From Bacteroidota bacterium (GTDB lineage Bacteria > Bacteroidota > Bacteroidia > Bacteroidales > JACABE01), in NCBI GenBank assembly GCA_037133555.1, contig JBAXNW010000017.1:1530-65529 (forward strand): DNA of 64,000 nucleotides. The letters are read 5' to 3'. Of this stretch, positions 58,601-64,000 are shown in pieces (position 1 is the first letter of the stretch; each line of letters starts with the position of its first letter). The translations under genes were made by a program, and so were the position numbers. Under the pieces are notes generated by a model. That model was not told where the DNA came from and did no database searches. It saw only the letters and a program-made list of their open reading frames with translations.

Positions 58601-59316
58601 CTGAAAAGATGTTAACCGCCAATGCAGCTTTTGGTATTTTTCCTTGCCATTCAATGGGTGATGATATTGAATTATTTGCTGATGAAAACAAAACCACTCA
58701 ACTTTCAGCTATTCATTTTTTAAGAAATCAGGAACAGAAAATCCCTGGCGTTCCCAATCTCTGTTTGTCCGATTTTATTGCTACTTCAGAATCTAAAAAA
58801 ACAGATTATATCGCTCTTTTTGCGGTAACTGCTGGATTGGATATAGAACAACATGTAGAAGACTACAAACGCAGTGGTGATGAATACAATGCCATTATGA
58901 TAAAGATTTTAGCCGACCGTTTGGCAGAAGCTTTTACTGAATTATTACATTACAAAATAAGAACCGAATATTGGGCTTTTGCAACGGATGAAGCACTAAC
59001 GATGGAAGAAACGCTCAAAGAAAAATACAAAGGTATCCGCCCAGCACCAGGCTATCCAGCTTGTCCTGAACATTCCGAAAAACAATGTATTTTTGAATTA
59101 TTGGATGCCGAAAAAAAGATAGGAGTAAGCCTTACCGAAAGTTTTGCCATGTATCCCATTGCAACGGTAAGTGGATATATATTTTCCAATCCTCAGTCCC
59201 AGTATTTTAATGTTGGACGAATAGATGAAGTACAAGTGGCCGATTATGCAAAACGAAAAAACATTTCTTTTGAAGAAGCAGAGAAATTATTACTACCAAA
59301 TTTAAATTACAATTAA
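55642..59316 (+). CDS. metH: Cobalamin-dependent methionine synthase
   Basis: [41 protein letters not shown]. Confidence 0.97.
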   Translation: MIKNILTELSHRVLVIDGAMGTMIQRYRLSEADYRGERFVDYPSDLKGNNDLLSITRPDVIQGIHEQYLEAGADIIETNTFNSNRISLVDYNMSKLAFELNVEAAKIAHAAADKYTLINPDKPRFVAGAIGPTNKTASLSPDVNNPGYRAVLFDDLVEAYKEQCLGLIEGGVDLLLIETIFDTLNAKAALYAVEEALKEKNMRLPLMVSGTITDASGRTLSGQTVEAFINSMSHIDLLSIGLNCALGAREMRPYIEEISQKTRFHTSAYPNAGLPNQFGEYDETPETMVVDIKDFIENGFVNIVGGCCGTTPEHIRLFSKAAAIAKPRQLLALEHITKVSGLESLSIDKTSNFINIGERTNVSGSKKFARLIREEKYEEALSVARHQVEGGAQVLDVNLDDAMLDAKKEMHTFLNLLAADPDIARIPVMIDSSKWEVIEAGLKCLQGKSIVNSISLKEGEADFIEKAKKIKQYGAAVIVMAFDEQGQAVDFERKIEVCQRAYDILTLQLHFLPEDIIFDPNILTIATGMDEHNNYAVDFIKTIRWIKENLPFAKVSGGISNLSFSFRGNDYIREAMNTAFLYHAIDAGMDMGIVNAGNLPIYDEIPGDLLLLLEDVILNRRKDATERLILFAEKNSDSRTKEEIIVEWRNLSVNERLTHSLIKGITEYIEADTEEARLNFDKALNVIEGPLMDGMNIVGDLFGKGKMFLPQVVKSARVMKKAVAVLLPYIEKENEGKVSTSAGKVLLATVKGDVHDIGKNIVGVVMACNNFEVIDLGVMVPADKIIQAAIAENVDLVGLSGLITPSLEEMVHIAKEFQRLKLNIPILIGGATTSKIHTAVKIAPNYDFPVLHVKDASRSVGVSAKLLSAGLKDELIQSTQKEYQEIREQYQATKTKREGYISLAEARSNKLRIKWDEINIAVPKQTGVQYLLSYPLKEIAAYIDWTFFFYEWQLQGKYPAIFADPVKGEEAKKLYDDALELLDRIITEKMLTANAAFGIFPCHSMGDDIELFADENKTTQLSAIHFLRNQEQKIPGVPNLCLSDFIATSESKKTDYIALFAVTAGLDIEQHVEDYKRSGDEYNAIMIKILADRLAEAFTELLHYKIRTEYWAFATDEALTMEETLKEKYKGIRPAPGYPACPEHSEKQCIFELLDAEKKIGVSLTESFAMYPIATVSGYIFSNPQSQYFNVGRIDEVQVADYAKRKNISFEEAEKLLLPNLNYN

Positions 59317-59317
59317 T

Positions 59318-60271
59318 ATGCGTATTACTGAAATCCTCACAAATACAAATAAAACTTTGTTTTCATTTGAATTATTGCCTCCTTTGAAAGGAAGTAATAT
59401 TCAATCCATTTATGATACCATCGATCCTTTGATGGAATTTATGCCTCAATATATCAATGTCACTTATCATCGCGAAGAAGTTGTGTATAAAAAGCATCCG
59501 AATGGATTACTGGAACCCAGGGTAGTTCGAAAAAGACCGGGTACTGTTGGTATTGCTGCATCTGTGATGAATCGTTACAAAACACCCGTAGTGCCTCATA
59601 TGATATGTTCAGGCTTTAATAAGGAAGAAACTGAAAATGCCTTGATAGACCTTGATTTTATAGGAATTGATAATATTCTGGTTGTAAGAGGGGATGCCGA
59701 TAAATCAACAGGAAGATTTACTCAAGAACCGGGAGGACACGCACATTCCATTGATTTACTGAGGCAAATAATGGATATGAATCGAGGAAAATACATTGAC
59801 AATGAAATTGAAAATTCTACGCCTACCCATTTTGTTTGTGGAGTTGCTGCCTACCCTGAAAAACATTGCGAAGCTCCCAATATGGAGATGGACCTTGAAT
59901 TTCTGAAAGCAAAGATAGATGCAGGTGCTCAATATATAGTTACCCAGATGTTCTTTGACAACGAAAAGTATTTTAGCTTTGTCGAAACTTGTCGTCAAAA
60001 AGGAATAAATGTTCCAATAGTACCGGGTATAAAGCCTATTTCTGTAAAATCGCATTTAAGTATTTTGCCTCAGACTTTTCACATTGATTTGCCAGAAGAA
60101 CTGGCCAATGAAGTGATAAAATGCAAAACAGATGCCGAAGTAAGAAACGTGGGTGTTGAATGGAGCATACGTCAATGCAAGGAATTAATAACTCATAAGG
60201 TTCCTATCATCCATTTTTACACCATGGGAAAATCGGACAATATTGTAAAGATTGCAAAAGCAGTTTATTAG
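59318..60271 (+). CDS. metF: Methylenetetrahydrofolate reductase
   Basis: FSFELLPP, RGD, AYPEKH, TQMFFD, HFYTM. Confidence 0.93.
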   Translation: MRITEILTNTNKTLFSFELLPPLKGSNIQSIYDTIDPLMEFMPQYINVTYHREEVVYKKHPNGLLEPRVVRKRPGTVGIAASVMNRYKTPVVPHMICSGFNKEETENALIDLDFIGIDNILVVRGDADKSTGRFTQEPGGHAHSIDLLRQIMDMNRGKYIDNEIENSTPTHFVCGVAAYPEKHCEAPNMEMDLEFLKAKIDAGAQYIVTQMFFDNEKYFSFVETCRQKGINVPIVPGIKPISVKSHLSILPQTFHIDLPEELANEVIKCKTDAEVRNVGVEWSIRQCKELITHKVPIIHFYTMGKSDNIVKIAKAVY

Positions 60272-60423
60272 AAAATAGGTTTTTAGACTTTAGGTTAATT
60301 GCTTATTAGGTAATTAAGAATTTCTTACAGCCTAAAAGCCTACAGTCTAAATCCCTCACAACCAATATCTCAATAACTCAATAACTCAATAACTTAATAA
60401 CCCAATAACTAAATATCCCTAAA

Positions 60424-61146
60424 ATGAAGGCAATGATATTTGCTGCTGGCCTGGGTTCTCGACTGAGACCGCTTACTGATGACAGGCCCAAGGCGTTGGT
60501 AGAATTAAATGGAGAACCCATGATAGCCGGTGTTATAAAAAAAATGATTGCAGCAGGTGTTACTGAGATCGTAGTGAATTTGCATCATTTTGCCGATGAA
60601 TTGCGCCAATACCTTGCAATGTATGATTTTGGCCTTCCTATTCATTTTTCGGATGAAAGAAGTTTATTGCTCGATACCGGAGGTGGATTGAAAAATGCAG
60701 CTAATTTTTTTAAAGATGGAGAAGCTTTTTTTGTTTACAATGTAGATATTTTATCAAATATAGATCTTGCAAAGCTTTATCATCAGCATCTTGAGAATAA
60801 AGCACTGGCTACTTTAGCCGTTAGGAATAGAAAGACTTCCCGCTATTTGTTGTTTGATAAAGATTCCCAATTATCAGGTTGGGAAAATACCCTTACGCAG
60901 GAATTGAGATTAATCAACGCTGAAAGAAAAGACTTATTTCCCTTAGCTTTTAGCGGCGTTCAAGTGATTGACCCTTCAATTTTCGAAAAAATGCCTAAAA
61001 AAGCAAAGTTTTCCATTATTGATGTCTATCTTCGTTTAGCTGCCACTGAAAGCATAAAAGCCTATATACACGATGATGATTACTGGTTTGATCTGGGGAC
61101 AGTCCAACAACTGCAAACGGCTGAAGATTTTGTACGTATAACCTGA
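60424..61146 (+). CDS. Sugar-phosphate nucleotidyltransferase (MurU-like)
   Basis: MKAMIFAAGLGSRLRPLTD..PKAL, LLDTGGGL, WFDLG. Confidence 0.85.
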   Translation: MKAMIFAAGLGSRLRPLTDDRPKALVELNGEPMIAGVIKKMIAAGVTEIVVNLHHFADELRQYLAMYDFGLPIHFSDERSLLLDTGGGLKNAANFFKDGEAFFVYNVDILSNIDLAKLYHQHLENKALATLAVRNRKTSRYLLFDKDSQLSGWENTLTQELRLINAERKDLFPLAFSGVQVIDPSIFEKMPKKAKFSIIDVYLRLAATESIKAYIHDDDYWFDLGTVQQLQTAEDFVRIT

Positions 61147-61171
61147 CAGCGTCGTAAGACCTGTCAGCGTT
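61140..61171. repeat. REP-like palindrome overlapping the stop codon
   Basis: AACCTGACAGCG..ACCTGTCAGCGTT; related to 14023-14055. Confidence 0.6.
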
Positions 61172-61205
61172 TATATCTGATATGTAAATGAATAATGCAT
61201 AATGT

Positions 61206-61435
61206 AATTTTGTCGAATTTGCATCCATTTTTATTGAAATTCATCCTGTTTAATCGAAAAACAATCCATTTTAGTCGCTAATAGAGGTGGTTTTGTCAAT
61301 TTACAACCGAGTTTTATCAATTTACAACCCATCATAGTCAAATGACAAACTATATTTGTTAATTCACAAACTATTTTAGCTAAAAACACACTCATTTTAC
61401 TCGAATTTGCATCCATTTTAGTCGAAAGAAAACCT
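61206..61435. repeat. Degenerate 21-bp tandem array (11 units)
   Basis: Units such as AATTTTGTCGAATTTGCATCC, ATTTTACTCGAATTTGCATCC, GGTTTTGTCAATTTACAACCG; one unit is 20 bp. Confidence 0.75.
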
Positions 61436-61782
61436 TTTTTTTTAAACGACTTCCTAATTTATTAAGTAAAAAATCAGGCACAGTGAGATTTTAATTTTCA
61501 TCTAGCAACTAAGCTAGCATTTTGAAGATAAAATTATTTTACACCTAAAAAAACAATCTGAATTAGACAAAAATCCATGTTAAAAATTTTACATATTAAG
61601 CCTTACTTAGGATTTAATAAAGTGATGCTAAGTAATTGAAGTACTTGATGCTTATATAAAGTATTTATTAAAAAAAAATAGAAAAAACATTCACAGATTG
61701 CTTTTTTTTGATTTATTTTTGTGGTATTATTTCGCATCAAAGAAATTGCAGGCAATACAGCTTGCAAGTAAATATATTTCTG

Positions 61783-62136
61783 ATGTCTTATAAAAAAAAG
61801 AATTCGCCTGTATTGGAGAAAGCAAAAAAGAGAACGCTCTCCATCAAGAGTATTTCCCCCACTTTTGAGGTAGGAAAAGGGGTAAACATTGTAAACTATG
61901 ATCTCTGTATCAAAGATACAGAAACTGCACAAAATGAATACAATGAACAATTGCGATTGGCCGATGAAAAGGCCAATATTCTGGAAGCATTGGAAACCGA
62001 GTTAAAAAAATGGAACAAACGTATGCTCGACGGAGTTGCTTCATTGTATGGTGACGATAGCAATGAATATGAAAAAGCCGGCGGTAAGCGATTCTCTGAT
62101 CGTAAACGTGTGCATAAAAAAGAAAAAGTCGCCTGA
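61783..62136 (+). CDS. Conserved hypothetical coiled-coil protein
   Basis: RML.GVA..YG.DS.EYE.AGG.R.S.RKR motif recalled from a widespread uncharacterised family; ATG 61783 preferred. Confidence 0.75.
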   Translation: MSYKKKNSPVLEKAKKRTLSIKSISPTFEVGKGVNIVNYDLCIKDTETAQNEYNEQLRLADEKANILEALETELKKWNKRMLDGVASLYGDDSNEYEKAGGKRFSDRKRVHKKEKVA

Positions 62137-62160
62137 TTGTATATGCTATCCTATACTTAT

Positions 62161-62190
62161 AAAGCTCATCTGATTGGATGGGCTTTTTTT
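62161..62190 (+). terminator. Intrinsic terminator
   Basis: AAAGCTCATC-tgattg-GATGGGCTTTTTT. Confidence 0.75.
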
Positions 62191-62301
62191 ATAAGCAATT
62201 AATCAAAAGATTTAAAGATGATGTATCAATATAAAATTATCAACATTCTTTCTTTATATATCATTTTTCGTTATTTTAGCAGAATATAATAGAAATTTTA
62301 T

Positions 62302-63312
62302 ATGTCCGATTCAATACTTGATAATCGCAAAACTGATTTCCTAATAAGGCATCCTGAATTAGCTATAAATCATATTTGTAGGTATTATCCTTTTGATTTT
62401 AATGATTTAAAAAAATATGATGATGTACTTTTGTGGAATATGATAGAAAAGAATCACAATATTCCCTGGTCTTTTGATATTATAGATTATTTTATTGAAA
62501 AGTTTGATTTTAAAGGAAATAATAAGCTTTATGGTCCTGGTTATTTTTGTCTGAACTATGGTTTACCTTGGAGTATTGAGTTTATTAAACATTATGAGAG
62601 CCGCTGGGACTGGAATATTTTAATGTACAATCTTAAACTCAGAAAAAATCCAGAGATATATGAATATATGCTTCAAACTTATCTTAAATATACAACCGAA
62701 AAAGATGTAAAGCAGGCTAATTTACGAAAAAGTTTTATAGGCAGTGATTTTGATTTAAGTGAAAATTATCCTGAAATTGACAATCTTATATTTTCATCGT
62801 CATCTACATGGAATGGTAAACCTTATACAACATGGGAAGAAGTCGAAAAAGACCCGCCTTTCGATTGGGATGAAATAAGTAAAAACAGTTATTTACCATG
62901 GAGCATCGAAATCATAGACCAATATAAAAACTATCTGAATTTCAGAAATTTGTGCTGGAATCATGGTGTGCCCTGGTCAGTTGAATTGATTTTTAAATTT
63001 TTTGTAAGATTTCAGGAAAGTGCAATTCTTGGTTGCAACGAATCTACTTTAAACAAAAATGAGTTTTTGGGTATTTTGAATCATAACCCTACTTTCCCAT
63101 TTAATATGGAAAACATTCAACAACTTCAAGACTATATTCCTTTTAACGAATTGTCGTATAATTATTATGCCGAATGGAATATTGATCTGCTTGAATATTA
63201 TGAAGATAAATGGGATTATCCTAACATGATTATCAACCTGAGTATAATTCCAAAAGCTTTTCCAGAACTTCAACAATTTGAAGTAATGAAAGAAGTTTGG
63301 GAGAAATTGTAA
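62302..63312 (+). CDS. Trp-rich repeat protein of unknown function
   Basis: Repeated N..(L/I/V)PWS.E.I..Y...(W/F)D(W/F) units. Confidence 0.75.
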   Translation: MSDSILDNRKTDFLIRHPELAINHICRYYPFDFNDLKKYDDVLLWNMIEKNHNIPWSFDIIDYFIEKFDFKGNNKLYGPGYFCLNYGLPWSIEFIKHYESRWDWNILMYNLKLRKNPEIYEYMLQTYLKYTTEKDVKQANLRKSFIGSDFDLSENYPEIDNLIFSSSSTWNGKPYTTWEEVEKDPPFDWDEISKNSYLPWSIEIIDQYKNYLNFRNLCWNHGVPWSVELIFKFFVRFQESAILGCNESTLNKNEFLGILNHNPTFPFNMENIQQLQDYIPFNELSYNYYAEWNIDLLEYYEDKWDYPNMIINLSIIPKAFPELQQFEVMKEVWEKL

Positions 63313-63430
63313 AAGCATAATAATAAAACTAAACAGAATAAAATAATTGGCAATTTTCGAACTGCTAATATATTAAAATGAATATTTAATAAATAATCTA
63401 GATGTAAATTTGTTTAAAATTGATTAATGA

Positions 63431-64000
63431 ATGATTAATAAAATAACAGATATTTTATATAATGAAAGTAAAAATCATTATCACCTATATGATTGTGATC
63501 ATTTTGAGATAAATGATTTTTATAATGATGATATAAAGAAAACAGAAAAAGCAATAAGTATTATTAAAAAAATAATTACGAAAAATGGGAAACAAGATCT
63601 TTACCAATATCTCTTAAGATTAAGTATTGTTGAATCTGCAACTATAGAAATATTACCTTACCAAAGAGATCATGTCATTCATGCATTAAATACTTTCCTC
63701 CTAGGAGTATATATAAATGAAAAATATTTAGATAGAATTGCTAAAAAAGTAAATTATTTCCAATGGAAACTTGCGTGTCTTTTTCATGATATTGGATATC
63801 AATTAGAAATTACTAATAATCTAATAATAGAATTTCAAAAAAATATTAATTTAGTAAATGACAAACTTGATATCAATTATTCACATTTAGATTTTTTTAG
63901 TATCAAAACATCCAAGAATTTAATAGATTTGAATGATGGTAAAAATAGTTTAATTTTAATACAAAAGAAAATAAATGATTGGGGTTTGCTAATTAATGTA
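63431..64000 (+). CDS. HD-domain phosphohydrolase-like protein (partial, runs off the window; not in ORF track)
   Basis: Manual translation open for 190 codons: RDHVIHALNTFLLG ... WKLACLFHDIGY. Confidence 0.78.
   Translation, partial: MINKITDILYNESKNHYHLYDCDHFEINDFYNDDIKKTEKAISIIKKIITKNGKQDLYQYLLRLSIVESATIEILPYQRDHVIHALNTFLLGVYINEKYLDRIAKKVNYFQWKLACLFHDIGYQLEITNNLIIEFQKNINLVNDKLDINYSHLDFFSIKTSKNLIDLNDGKNSLILIQKKINDWGLLINV

Noticed and set aside
61603-61950. 115-aa minus-strand ORF and the other short overlapping ORFs in the track
   Set aside because: Antisense or off-frame to well-supported genes and lacking motifs

Overview
AT-rich chromosomal segment from a Bacteroidota organism, probably Bacteroidales. 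Support: TAnnTTTG -7 promoters, T9SS C-terminal domains, DUF349/DUF5063/DUF2027-type genes and Gln-start mature proteins. Housekeeping content: rnpB, uvrA, tcdA-like, holA, amn, metH-metF, moeA-moaA-moaC, and a TPP riboswitch with its TonB receptor. A KdpD/KdpE-like two-component pair lies upstream of kup, with candidate KdpE boxes and a kinase-less HAMP sensor. The best candidate for an under-described system is a split heavy-metal locus. One operon is efflux (CzcA-TolC fusion, CDF, adaptor) and the other is putative uptake/trafficking (Cys-Cys TonB receptor, HMA chaperone, thioredoxin-like T9SS cargo, QCC barrel). Each is headed by a paralogous Cys/His-rich exported 'HHC..CC..PP' protein whose ATG sits 5 nt after a -7 promoter box, consistent with metal-sensing leader/arrest peptides. 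Between the operons are a T9SS surface protein, a 21-bp array and a direct-repeat-bounded decayed DpnI/DpnD-RhuM-DpnA-like cassette. Other oddities: a single-chain homoaconitase-like enzyme, a divergent histidine phosphatase + degenerate GGDEF pair, and an AT-rich accessory block at the right edge (21-bp array, Trp-rich repeat protein, partial HD protein). All family assignments come from motif recognition only; no database searches were run.
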